Assembly: GCF_009914755.1 (NCBI RefSeq)
Contig: NC_060933.1
Strand: one strand, 5' to 3'
From: the human T2T-CHM13v2.0 reference genome, Homo sapiens
Length of the DNA: 64,000 nucleotides
Shown: in pieces, positions 15,401 to 29,349 of the stretch
How the letters are laid out: the number at the start of each line of letters is the position of its first letter
Position numbering within the stretch: the stretch's first letter is position 1
Notes under the pieces: model-generated
What the model saw: only the letters and a program-made list of their open reading frames with translations
What the model was told of the DNA's origin: nothing
Databases searched by the model: none
Translations under genes and position numbers: made by a program

Positions 15401-17350
15401 CAGTCCTTTCCATTCCATTCCACTCGGGTTGATTCCATTCTATTAGTTTCCATTCCATTCCATTCCCTTCCATTCCACTCTGGTTGATACCATTTCTTTC
15501 CATTCCACTCGAATACATTCTCTCCTATTCCACTCGGAACGATTCCATTCCATTCCATTCCATTCCATTCCATTCCATTCCATTCCATTCCATTCCATTC
15601 CATTCCATTTCTTTCCATTCCATTCTATTCCGTATCATTCCATTCCATTCCATTCCATTCCATTCCATTCCATTCCATTCCATTGTACTCAGGTTGATTC
15701 AATTCCATTGCATTCCATTCCATTCCATTCCATTCCATTCCATTCCATTCCATTCCGTTGCATTCCATTCCATTACATTCGGATTGATTCTATTCAACTC
15801 CCTTACTCTCCATTACATTCCATTCCATTCGGGTTGTTCCATTCCATTCCATTCCATTCCACTCCATTCCATTGCACTCGGGTTGATTCCATTCCATTCC
15901 ATTCCATTCCATTCCATTCCATTCCATTCCGGATGATTCCATTCCATTGCATTCCGTTCCATTACATTCCCCTTCACTCGCGTTGATTCCATTCCATTCC
16001 ATTCCATTCCATTCAATTGCATTCCATTACAATTCGTTCCATTCCATTCTATTCCGTACCATTCTATTCCATTCCATACCATTCCATTCCATTCCATTCC
16101 ATTCCATTCCGTTCCATTCCGTTCCATTCCATTCCATTCCATTCTATTCAGATTAATTCCATTCCATTCCATTCCATTCCATTCTATTCCATTCCATTGC
16201 AATCGAGTTGAATCCATTGCATTTCATTCCATTCCATTCCATTCCATTCCATTCCGGAAGATTGCATTCCATTGCATTCCATTCCATTCCATTCCCCTGC
16301 ACTCGCGTTGATTCCATTCCATTCCATTCCATTCCATTCCATTCCGTTCCGTTCCATTCCATTCCATTCCATTCTATTCCGTTCCGTTCCATTCCATTCC
16401 ATTCCATTCTATTCGGGTTAATTCCATTCCATTCCATTCGATTGCAATCGAGTTGATTCCATTCCATTCCATTCCATTCCATTCCATTCCATTCCATTCC
16501 ATTCCATTCCTTTCCATTCCATTACGGATGATTCCATTACATTGCATTCCATTCCATTCCATTCCCCTGTACTCGGGTTGATTCCATTCCATTCCATTCC
16601 AATCCATGCCATTCCACTCGTGTTGATTCCATTCTTTCCATTCCATTCAAGTTGAATCCATTCCATTGCATTGCATTCCATTTGATTCCATTCGATTGCA
16701 CTCGGGTTGATTCCATTCCATTGCATTCCATTCCATTCCATTCCATTCCATTCCATTCCGTTCCGTTCCATTCCATTCCATTACATTCGGATTGATTCTA
16801 TTCAATTCCCTTACACTCCATTACATTCCATTCCATTCGGGTAGTTTCCATTCCATTCCATTCCATTCCATTCCTCTCCATTCCATTGCACTCGGGTTGA
16901 TTCCATTCCATTGTATTCCATTCCATTCCATTCAATTCCATTCCGTTCCATTCCATTCCATTACATTCGGATTGATTCTATTCAACTCCGTTACTCTCCA
17001 TTACATTCCATTCCATTCGGGTTGTTCCATTCCATTCCATTCCATTCCACTCCATTCCATTGCACTCGGGTTGATTCCATTCCATTCCATTCCATTCCAT
17101 TCCATTCCGGAAGATTCCATTCCATTGCATTCCATTCCATTCCATTCCCCTGCACTCGCGTTGATTCCATTCCATTCCATTCTATTCCATTCCATTCCCT
17201 TCCTTTCCGTTCCATTCCATTCCATTCCATTCCATTCCGTTCCGTTCCATTCCATTCCATTCCATTCTCTTCGGGTTAATTCCATTCCATTCCATTCGAT
17301 TGCAATCGAGTTGATTCCATTCCATTCCATTCCATTCCATTCCATTCCAT
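2500..17350 (+). repeat. Near-identical ~4.8 kb blocks at ~10.07 kb offset (~2500-7270 vs ~12570-17350)
   Basis: Identical ORF translations occur at 2512/12581, 4746/14815 (267 aa), 4816/14885 and 4940/15009 (offset 10069), and at 6832/16911 and 6899/16978 (offset 10079). Confidence 0.92.
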
Positions 17351-20300
17351 TCCATTCCATTCCATTCCATTCCATTCCAATCGAGTTGATTCCATTCCAT
17401 TCCATTCCATTCCATTCCACTCCATTCCAGTCCTTTCCATTCCATTCCACTCGGGTTGATTCCAATGTATTCCTTTCCATTCCATTCCATTCCATTCCAT
17501 TGCAATCGAGTTGATTCCATTGCTTTGCATTCCATTCCATTCCATTCCATTCCGGATGATTCCATTCCATTGCATTCCATTCCATTCCATTCCCCGGCAC
17601 TCGGGTTGATTCCATTCCATTCCACTCCTTTCCGTTCCATTCCATTCCATTCCATTGTATTCGGGTTAATTCCAATCCATTCCATTCCATTCCATTCCAT
17701 TCCATTACAATCTGGTTGATTCCATTCCATTCCATTCCATTCCAGTCCTTTACATTCCATTCCACTCGGGTTGATTCCATTCTATTAGTTTCCATTCCAT
17801 TCCATTCCCTTCCATTCCACTCTGGTTGATACCATTCCTTTCCATTCCACTCGAATACATTCCCTCCTATTCCACTCGGAACGATTCCATTCCATTCCAT
17901 TCCATTCCATTCCATTCCATTCCATTCCATTCCATTGTACTCGGGTTGATTCAATTCCATTGCATTCCATTCCATTCCATTCCATTCGATTCCGTTGCAT
18001 TCCATTCCATTACATTGGGATTGATTCTATTCAACTCCCTTACTCTCCATTACATTCCACTCCATTCGCGTTGTTCCATTCCATTCCATTCCATTCCACT
18101 CTATTCCATTGCACTCGGGTTGATTCCATTCCATTCCATTCCATTCCATTCCATTCCATTCCGGATGATTCCATTCCATTGCATTCCGTTCCATTACATT
18201 CCCCTGCACTCGCGTTGATTCCATTCCATTCCATTCCATTCCATTCAATTCCATTCCATTACGATTCGTTCCATTCCATTCTATTCCGTACCATTCCATT
18301 CCATTCCATACGATTCCATTCCATTCCATTCAATTCAATTCCATTCCGTTCCATTCCGTTCCATTCCATTCCATTGCAATCGAGTTGAATCCATTGCATT
18401 TCATTCCATTCCATTCCATTCCATTCCATTCCGGAAGATTCCATTCCATTGCATTCCATTCCATTCCATTCCCCTGCACTCGCGTTGATTCCATTCCATT
18501 CCATTCCATTCCATTCCATTCCGTTCCGTTCCGTTCCGTTCCGTTCCGTTCCGTTCCATTCCATTCCATTCCATTCCATTCCATTCCGTTCCGTTCCATT
18601 CCATTCCATTCCATTCTATTCGGGTTCATTCCATTCCATTCCATTTGATTGCAATCGAGTTGATTCCATTCCATTCCATTCCATTCCATTCCATTCCATT
18701 CCATTCCTTTCCATTCCATTACGGATGATTCCATTCCATTGCATTCTATTCCATTCCATTCCCCTGTACTCGGGTTGATTCCATCCCATTCCATTCCAAT
18801 CCATGCCATTCCACTCGTGTTGATTCCATTCTTTCCATTCCATTCAAGTTGAATCCATTCCATTGCATTCCATTCCATTCGATTCCATTCGATTGCACTC
18901 GGGTTGATTCCATTCCATTGCATTCCATTCCATTCCATTCCATTCCATTCCATTCCATTCCATTCCTTTCCGTTCCATTCCATTCCATTCCATTCCATTC
19001 CATTCCAATCCATTCCATTCCGTTCCATTCCGTTCCATTCCATTCCATTCCATTCTATTCGGGTTAATTCCATTCAATTCCATTTGATTGCAATCGAGTG
19101 GATTCCATTCCATTCCATTCCATTCCATTCCATTCCATTCCTTTCCATTCCATTACGGATGATTCCATTCCATTGCATTCCATTCCATTCCATTCCATTC
19201 TATTCGGGTTAATTCCATTCCATTCCATTCCATTCCATTCCATTCCAATCGAGTTGATTCCATTCCATTCCATAACGTTCCATTCCACTCCATTCCAGTC
19301 CTTTCCATTCAATTCCTCTCGGATTGATTCCATTCTATTAGTTTCCATTCCATTCCATTCCATTCCCTTCCATTCCACTCTGGTTGATTCCATTCCTTTC
19401 CATTCCACTCGAATACATTCCCTCCTATTCCACTCGGAACGATTCCATTCCATTCTATTCCATTCCATTCCATTCCATTCCATTCCATTTCGTTCCATTC
19501 CATTCTATTCCGTATCATTCCATTCCATTCCATTCCATTCCATTCCATTCCATTCCATTCCATTGTACTCGGGTTGATTCAATTCCATTGCATTCCATTC
19601 CATTCCATTCCATTCCATTCCGTTGCATTCCATTCCATTACATTCGGATTGATTCTATTCAACTCCCTTACTCTCCATTACATTCCATTCCATTCGGGTT
19701 GTTCCATTCCATTCCATTCCATTCCACTCCATTCCATTGCACTCGGGTTGATTCCATTTCATTCCATTCCATTCCATTCCATTCCATTCCGGATGATTCC
19801 ATTCCATTGCATTCCGTTCCATTACATTCCCCTGCACTCGCGTTGATTCCATTCCATTCCATTCAATTCCTTTCCATTACAATTCGTTCCATTCCATTCT
19901 GTTCCGTACCATTCCATTCCATTCCATACCATTCCATTCCATTCCATTCCATTCCATTCCGTTCCATTCCGTTCCATTCCATTCCATTCCATTCTATTCG
20001 AATTAATTCCATTCCATTCCATTCTATTCCATTCCATTGCAATCGAGTTGAATCCATTGCATTTCATTCCATTCCATTCCATTCCATTCCATTCCATTCC
20101 GGAAGCTTCCATTCCATTGCATTCCATTCCATTCCATTCCCCTGCACTCGCGTTGATTCCATTCCATTCCATTCCATTCCATTCCATTCCATTCCGTTCC
20201 GTTCCATTCCATTCCATTCCATTCCATTCCATTCCATTCATTTCCATTCCATTACGGATGATTCCATTCCATTGCATTCCATTCCATTAAATTCCCCTGT

Positions 20301-23300
20301 ACTCGGGTTGATTCCATTCCATTCCATTCCAAGCCATGCCATTCCACTCGTGTTGATTCCATTCTTTCCATTCCATTCAAGTTGAATCCATTCCATTGCA
20401 TTCCATTCCATTCGATTCCATTCGATTGCACTCGGGTTGATTCCATTCCTTTGCATTCCATTCCTTTCCATTCCATTCCATTCCATTCCATTCCATTCCA
20501 TTCCATTACATTCGGATTGATTCTATTCAATTCCCTTACACTCCATTACATTCCATTCCATTCGGGTAGTTTCCATTCCATTCCATTCCATTCCTCTCCA
20601 TTCCATTGCACTCGGGTTGATTCCATTCCATTGCATTCCATTCCATTCCATTCAATTCCATTCCGTTCCATTCCATTCCATTACATTCGGATTGATTCTA
20701 TTCAACTCCCTTACTCTCCATTACATTCCATTCCATTCGGGTTGTTCCATTCAATTCCATTCCATTTCACTCCATTCCTTTGCACTCGGGTTGATTCCAT
20801 TCCATTCCATTCCATTGCATTCCATTCCATTCCATTCCATTGCATTCCATTCCATTCCATTCCGGATGATTCCATTCCATTGCATTCCATTCCATTCCAT
20901 TCCCCTGCACTCGGGTTGATTCCATTCCATTCCATTCCATTACATTCCGTTCCATTCCATTCCATTCCATTCGGATTGATTCCATTCAATTCCCTTACAC
21001 TCCATTACATTCCATTCCATTCGGGTAGTTTCCATTCCATTCCATTCCATTCCTCTCCATTCCATTGCACTCGGGTTGATTCCATTCCATTCCATTCCAT
21101 TCCATTACATTACATTCCATTCCATTCCATTCCGTTCCATTGTACTCGGGTTGATTCCATTCCATTGCATTCCATTCCATTCCATTCCATTCCATTCCAT
21201 TCCATTCCGTTCCATTCCATTATATTCGGATTGATTCTATTCAACTCCCTTACTCTCCATTACATTCCATTCCATTCGGGTTGTTCCATTCCATTCCATT
21301 CCATTCCACTCTATTCCATTGCGCTCGGGTTGATTCCATTCCATTCCATTCCATTCCATTCCATTCCGGATGATTCCATTCCATTGCATTCCGTTCCATT
21401 ACATTCCCCTGCACTCGGGTTGATTCCATTCCATTCCATTCCATTCCATTCCATTCGATTCCATTCCATTCCAATTCTTTCCATTCCATTCTATTCCGTA
21501 CCATTCCATTCCATTCCATACATTTCCATTCCATTCCATTCCACTCCGTTCCGTTCCGTTCCGTTCTGTTCCGTTCCATTCCATTCCATTCCATTCTATT
21601 CGGTTTAATTCCATTCCATTCCATTCCATTCCATTCCATTCCATTCTATTCCATTCCATTGCAATCGAGTTGAATCCATTGCATTCCACTCCATTCCATT
21701 CCATTCCATTCCATTCCATTCCATTCCATTCCCTTCCATTCCGTTACATTACATTCGGATTGATTCTTTTCAACTCCCTTACTCTCCATTACATTCCATT
21801 CCATTCGGGTTGTTCCATTCCATTCCTTTCCATTCCACTCCATTCCATTGCACTCGGGTTGATTCATTTCCATTCCATTCCATTCCATTCCGGATGATTC
21901 CATTCCATTGCATTCCGTTACATTACGTTCCCCTGCACTCGGGTTGATTCCATTCCATTCCTTTCCATTCCATTCGATTCCATTCCATTCCCCTGCACTC
22001 GCGTTGATTCCATTCCATTCCATTCCGTTCCATTCCATTCCATTCCATTCCTTTCCGTTCCATTCCATTCCATTCCATTCCATTCCGTTCCATTGCATTC
22101 CATTCCATTCCATTCCTTTCCATTCCATTCCATTCCATTCCATTCTATTCGTGTTAATTCCATTCCATTCCATTCGATTGCAATCGAGTTGATTCCATTC
22201 CATTCCATTCCATTCCATTCCAGTCCTTTCCATTCCTTTCCATTCCATTACTGATGATTCCATTCCATTGCATTCCATTCCATTCCATTCCCATGTACTC
22301 GGGTTGATTCCATTCCATTCCATTCCAATCCATGCCATTCCACTCGTGTTGATTCCATTCTTTCCTTTCCATTCAAGTTGAATCCATTCCATTGCATTCC
22401 ATTCCATTCGATTCCATTCGATTGCACTCGGGTTGATTCCATTCCATTGCATTCCATTCCATTCCATTCCATTCCATTCCATTCCATTCCCTTCCATTCC
22501 ACTCTGGTTGATTCCATTCCTTTCCATTCCACTCGAATACATTCCCTCCTATTCCACTCGGAATGATTCCATTCCATTCCATTCCATTCCATTCCATTCC
22601 TTTCCATTCCATTCCATTCCATTTCGTTCCATTCCATTCTATTCCGTATCATTCCATTCCATTCCATTCCATTCCATTCCATTCCATTCCATTCCTTTCC
22701 ATTCCATTCTATTCCGTATCATTCCATTCCATTCCATTCTATTCCGTACCATTCCATTCCATTCCATACCATTCCATTCCATTGCATTCCATTCCATTCC
22801 ATTCCGTTCCATTCCGTTCCATTCCATTCCATTCCATTCTATTCGGATTAATTCCATTCCATTCTATTCCATTCCATTCTATTTCATTCCATTGCAATCG
22901 AGTTGAATCCATTGCATTTCATTCCATTCCATTCCATTCCATTCCATTCCGGAAGATTCCATTCCATTGCATTCCATTCCATTCCATTCCCCTGCACTCG
23001 CGTTGATTCCATTCCATTCCATTCCATTCCATTCCGTTCCATTCCATTCCATTCCATTCCATTCCTTTCCGTTCCATTCCATTCCATTCCATTCTATTCG
23101 GGTTAATTCCATTCCATTCCATTCGATTGCAATCGAGTTGATTCCATTCCATTCCATTCCATTCCACTCCATTCCTTTCCATTCCATTCCTTTCCATTCC
23201 ATTACGGATGATTCCATTCCATTGCATTCCATTCCATTCCATTCCCCTGTACTCGGGTTGATTCCATTCCATTCCATTCCAATCCATGCCATTCCACTCG

Positions 23301-26300
23301 TGTTGATTCCATTCTTTCCATTCCATTCAAGTTGAATCCATTCCATTGCATTCCATTCCATTCCATTCCCCTGCAGTCGGGTTGATTCCATTCCATTCCA
23401 TTCCATTCCATTCCATTCCATTTCGTTCCGTTCCATTCCATTACATTCCATTCTATTCGGGTTAATTCCATTCCATTCCATTCCACTCCATTCCATTCCA
23501 ATCGAGTTGATTCCTTTCCATTCCATTCCACTCCATTCCAGTCCTTTCCATTCCATTCCACTCTGGTTGATTCCAATGTATTCCTTTCCATTCCATTCCA
23601 TTCCATTGCAATCGAGTTGATTCCATTCCATTCCATTCCATTCCAGTCCTTTCCATTCCATTCCACTCGGGTTGATTCCATTCTATTAGTTTCCATTCCA
23701 TTCCATTCCCTTCCATTCCATTATATTCGGGTTAATTCCATTCCATTCCATTCCATTCCATTCCATTACCATCGAGTTGATTCCATTCCATTCCATTCCA
23801 TTCCAGTCCTTTCCATTCCATTCCACTCGGGTTGATTCCATTCTATTAGTTTCCATTCCATTCCATTCCCTTCCATTCCACTCTGGTTGATTCCATTCCT
23901 TTCCATTCCACTCGAAAACATTCCCTCCTATTCCACTCGGAACGATTCCATTCCATTCCATTCCATTCCATTCCATTCCATTCCATTCCATTCCATTACC
24001 ATAGAGTTGATTCCATTCCATTCCATTCCATTCCAGTCCTTTCCATTCCATTCCACTCGGGTTGATTCCATTCTATTAGTTTCCATTCCATTGTACTCGG
24101 GTTGATTCCATTCCATTGCATTCCATTCCATTCCATTCCATTCCATTCCGTTGCATTCCATTCTATTACATTCGGATTGATTCTATTCAACTCCCTTACT
24201 CTCCATTACATTCCATTCCATTCGGGTTGTTCCATTCCATTCCATTCCATTCCACTCCATTCCATTGCACTCGGGTTGATTCCATTCCATTCCATTCCAT
24301 TCCATTCCATTCCATTCCGGATGATTCCATTCCATTGCATTCCGTTCCATTACATTCCCTTGCACTCGCGTTGATTCCATTCCATTCCATTCCATTCCTT
24401 TCAATTCCATTCCATTACAATTCGTTCCATTCCATTCTATTCCGTACCATTCCATTCCATTCCATACCATTCCATTCCATTCCATTCCATTCCATTCCAT
24501 TCCGTTCCATTCCGTTCCATTCCATTCCATTCCATTCTATTCGGATTAATTCCATTTCATTCCATTCCATTCCATTCTATTCCATTCCATTGCAATCGAG
24601 TTGAATCCATTGCATTTCATTCCATTCCATTCCATTCCATTCCATTCCATTCCGGAAGATTCCATTCCATTCCATTCGATTGCAATCGAGTTGATTCCAT
24701 TCCATTCCATTCCATTCCATTCCTTTCCATTCCATTACGGATGATTCCATTCCATTGCATTCCATTCCATTCCATTCCCCTGTACTCGGGTTGATTCCAT
24801 TCCATTCCATTCCAATCCATGCCATTCCACTCGTGTTGATTCCATTCTTTCCATTCCATTCAAGTTGAATCCATTCCATTGCATTCCATTCCATTCGATT
24901 TCATTCGATTGCACTCGGGTTGATTCCATTCCATTCCATTCCATTCCATTCCGTTCCATTCCATTCCATTACATTCGGATTGATTCTTCTCAATTCCCTT
25001 ACACTCCATTACATTCCATTCCATTCGGGTAGTTTCCATTCCATTCCATTCCATTCCTCTCCTTTCCATTGCACTCGGGTTGATTCCATTCCATTGCATT
25101 CCATTCCATTCCATTCAATTCCATTCCGTTCCATTCCATTCCATTACATTCGGATTGATTCTATTCAACTCCCTTACTCTCCATTACATTCCATTCCATT
25201 CGGGTTGTTCCATTCCATTCCATTCCATTCCACTCCATTCCATTGCACTCGGGTTGATTCCATTCCATTCCATTCCATTCCATTCCATTCCATTCCATTC
25301 CGGAAGATTCCATTCCATTGCATTCCATTCCATTCCATTCCCCTGCACTCGCGTTGATTCCATTCCATTCCATTCTATTCCATTCCATTCCCTTCCTTTC
25401 CGTTCCATTCCATTCCATTCCATTCCATTCCATTCCATTCCGTTCCGTTCCATTCCATTCCATTCCATTCTATTCGGTTAATTCCATTCCATTCCATTCG
25501 ATTGCAATCGAGTTGATTCCATTCCATTCCATTCCATTCCATTCCATTCCATTCCATTCCTTTCCATTCCATTACGGATGATTCCATTCCATTGCATTCC
25601 ATTCCATTCCATTCCCCTGTACTCGGGTGGATTCCATTCCATTCCATTCCAATCCATGCCGTTCCACTCGTGTTGATTCCATTCTTTCCATTCCATTCAA
25701 GTTGAATCCATTCCATTGCATTCCATTCCATTCGATTCCATTCGATTGCACTCGGGTTGATTCCATTCCATTGCATTCCATTCCATTCCATTCCATTCCA
25801 TTCCTTTCCATTCCATTTCATTACATTCAGATTTATTCTATTCAATTCCCTTACACTCGATTATATTCCAATCCATTCTGGTTGTTTCCATTCCATTCCA
25901 TTCCATTTCACTCCATTCCATTGCACTCGGGTTGATTCCATTCCATTCCATTCCATTGCATTCCATTCCATTCCATTCCGGATGATTCCATTCCATTGCA
26001 TTCCATTCCATTCCATTCCCCTGCACTCGGGTTGATTCCATTCCATTCCATTACATTCCGTTCCATTCCATTCCATTCCATTCGGATTGATTGTATTCAA
26101 TTCCCTTACACTCCATTACATTCCATTCCATTCGGGTAGTTTCCATTCCATTCCATTCCATTCCTCTCCATTCCATTGCACTCGGGTTGATTCCATTCCT
26201 TTCCATTCCATTCCATTCCATTCCATTCCATTACATTACCTTCCATTCCATTCCGTTCCATTGTACTCGGGTTGATTCCATTCCATTGCATTCCATTCCA

Positions 26301-29300
26301 TTCCATTACATTACATTCGGATTGATTCTATTCAACTCCCTTACTCTCCATTACATTCCATTCCATTCGGGTTCTTCCATTCCATTCCATTCCATTCCAC
26401 TCCATTCCATTGCACTCGGGTTGATTCCATTCCATTCCATTCCATTCCATTCCATTCCATTCCATTCCATTCTGGATGATTCCATTCCATTGCATTCCAT
26501 TCCATTCCATTCCCCTGTACTCGGGTTGATTCCATTCCATTCCATTCCAATCCATGCCATTCCACTCGTGTTGATTCCATTCTTTCCATTCCATTCAAGT
26601 TGAATCCATTCCATTGCATTCCATTCCATTCCATTCCCCTGCAGTCGGGTTGATTCCATTCCATTCCATTCCATTCCATTCCATTCCATTCCATTCCGTT
26701 CCATTCCATTACATTCCTTTCTATTCGAGTTAATTCCATTCCATTCCATTCCATTCCATTCCATTCCATTCCATTCCAATTAAGTTGATTCCATTCCATT
26801 CCATTCCATTCCATTCCATTCCATTCCATTCCACTCCATTCCAGTCCTTTCCATTCCATTCCACTCGGGTTGATTCCAATGTATTCCTTTCCATTCCATT
26901 CCATTCCATTGCAATCAAGTTGATTCCATTGCATTGCATTCCATTCCATTCCATTCCATTCCGGATGATTCCATTCCATTGCATTCCATTCCATTCCATT
27001 CCCCTGCACTCGGGTTGATTCCATTAAATTCCACTCCATTCCGTTCCATTCCATTCCATTCCATTGTATTCGGGTTAATTCCATTCCATTCCATTCCATT
27101 CCATTCCATTCCATTCCATTCCATTACAATCGTGTTGATTCCATTCCATTCCATTCCATTCCAGTCCTTTCCATTCCATTCCACTCGGGTTGATTCCATT
27201 CTATTAGTTTCCATTCCATTCCATTCCCTTCCATTCCACTCTGGTTGATTCCATTCCTTTCCATTCCACTCGAATACATTCCCTCCTATTCCACTCGGAA
27301 CGATTCCATTCCATTCCATTCCATTCCATTCCATTCCATTTCGTTCCATTCCATTCTATTCCGTATCATTCCATTCCATTCCATTGCATTCCATTCCATT
27401 CCATTGCATTCCATTCCATTCCATTCCATTCCATTCCATTCCGTTGCATTCCATTCCATTACATTCGGATTGATTCTATTCAACTCCCTTACTCTCCATT
27501 ACATTCCATTCCATTCGGGTTGTTCCATTCCATTCCATTCCATTCCACTCCATTCTATTGCACTCGGGTTGATTCCATTCCATTCCATTCCATTCTATTC
27601 CATTCCATTCCGGATGATTCCATTCCATTGCATTCCGTTCCATTACATTCCCCTGCACTCGCGTTGATTCCGTTCCATTCCATTCCATTCCATTCAATTC
27701 CATTCCATTAGAATTCGTTCCATTCCATTCTATTCCGTACCATTCCATTCCATTCCATACCATTCCACTCCATTCCATTCCATTCCATTCCGTTCCATTC
27801 CGTTCCATTCCATTCCATTCCATTCTATTCGGATTAAATCCATTCCATTCCATTCCATTCCATTCTATTCCATTCCATTGCAATCTAGTTGAATCCATTG
27901 CATTTCATTCCATTCCATTCCATTCCATTCCGGAAGATTCCATTCCATTGCATTCCATTCCATTCCATTCCCCTGCACTCGCGTTGATTCCATTCCATTC
28001 CATTCCATTCCATTCCGTTCTGTTCCATTACAATCCATTCCATTCCATTCCATTCCGTTCCGTTCCGTTCCATTCCATTCCATTCCATTCTATTCGGGTT
28101 AATTCCATTCCATTCCATTCGATTGCAATCGAGTTGATTCCATTCCATTCCATTCCATTCCATTCCATTCCATTCCATTCCTTTCCATTGCATTATGGAT
28201 GATTCCTTTCCATCGCATTCCATTCCATTCCATTCCCCTGTACTCGGGTTGATTCCATTCCATTCCATTCCAATCCATGCCATTCCACTCGTGTTGATTC
28301 CATTCTTTCCATTCCATTCAAGTTGAATCCACTCCATTGCATTCCATTCCATTCGATTCCATTCGATTGCACTCGGGTTGATTCCATTCCATCGCATTCC
28401 ATTCCATTCCATTCCATTCCATTCCATACCATTCTGTTCCATTCCATTCCATTACATTCGGATTGATTCTATTCAATTCCCTTACACTCCATTACATTCC
28501 ATTCCATTCGGGTAGTTTCCATTCCATTCCATTCCATTCCTCTCCATTCCATTGCACTCGGGTTGATTCCATTCCATTGCATTCCATTCCATTCCATTCA
28601 ATCCCATTCCGTTCCATTCCATTCCATTACATTCGGATTGATTCTATTCAACTCCGTTACTCTCCATTACATTCCATTCCATTCGGGTTGTTCCATTCCA
28701 TTCCATTCCACTCCATTCCATTGCACTCGGGTTGATTCCATTCCATTCCATTCCATTCCATTCCATTCCATTCCATTGCATTCCGTTCCATTCCATTACA
28801 TTCGGATTGATTCTTTTGAACTCCCTTACTCTCCATTACATTCCATTCCATTCGGATTGTTCCATTCCATTCCATTCCATTCCACTCCATTCCATTGCAC
28901 TCGGGTTGATTCCATTCCATTCCATTCCATTCCATTCCGGATGATTCCATTCCATTGCATTCCGTTCCATTACATTCCCCTGCACTCGGGTTGATTCCAT
29001 TCCATTCCATTCCATTCCATTCGATTCCATTCCATTCCCCTGCACTCGCGTTGATTCCATTCCATTCCATTCCATTCCTTTCCATTCCAGTCCTTTCCAT
29101 TCCATTCCACTCGGGTTGATTCCATTCTATTAGTTTCCCTTCCATTCCATTCCCTTCCATTCCACTCTGGTTGATTCCATTCCTTTCCATTCCACTCGAA
29201 TACATTACCTCCTATTCGACTCGGAACGATTCCATTCCATTCCATTCCATTCCATTCCATTCCATTCCACTCTTGTTGATTCCATTCCTTTCCATTCCAT

Positions 29301-29349
29301 TCGGTTTGAAGGCATTCCATTCCATTCCATTCCATTCCATTCCATTCCA

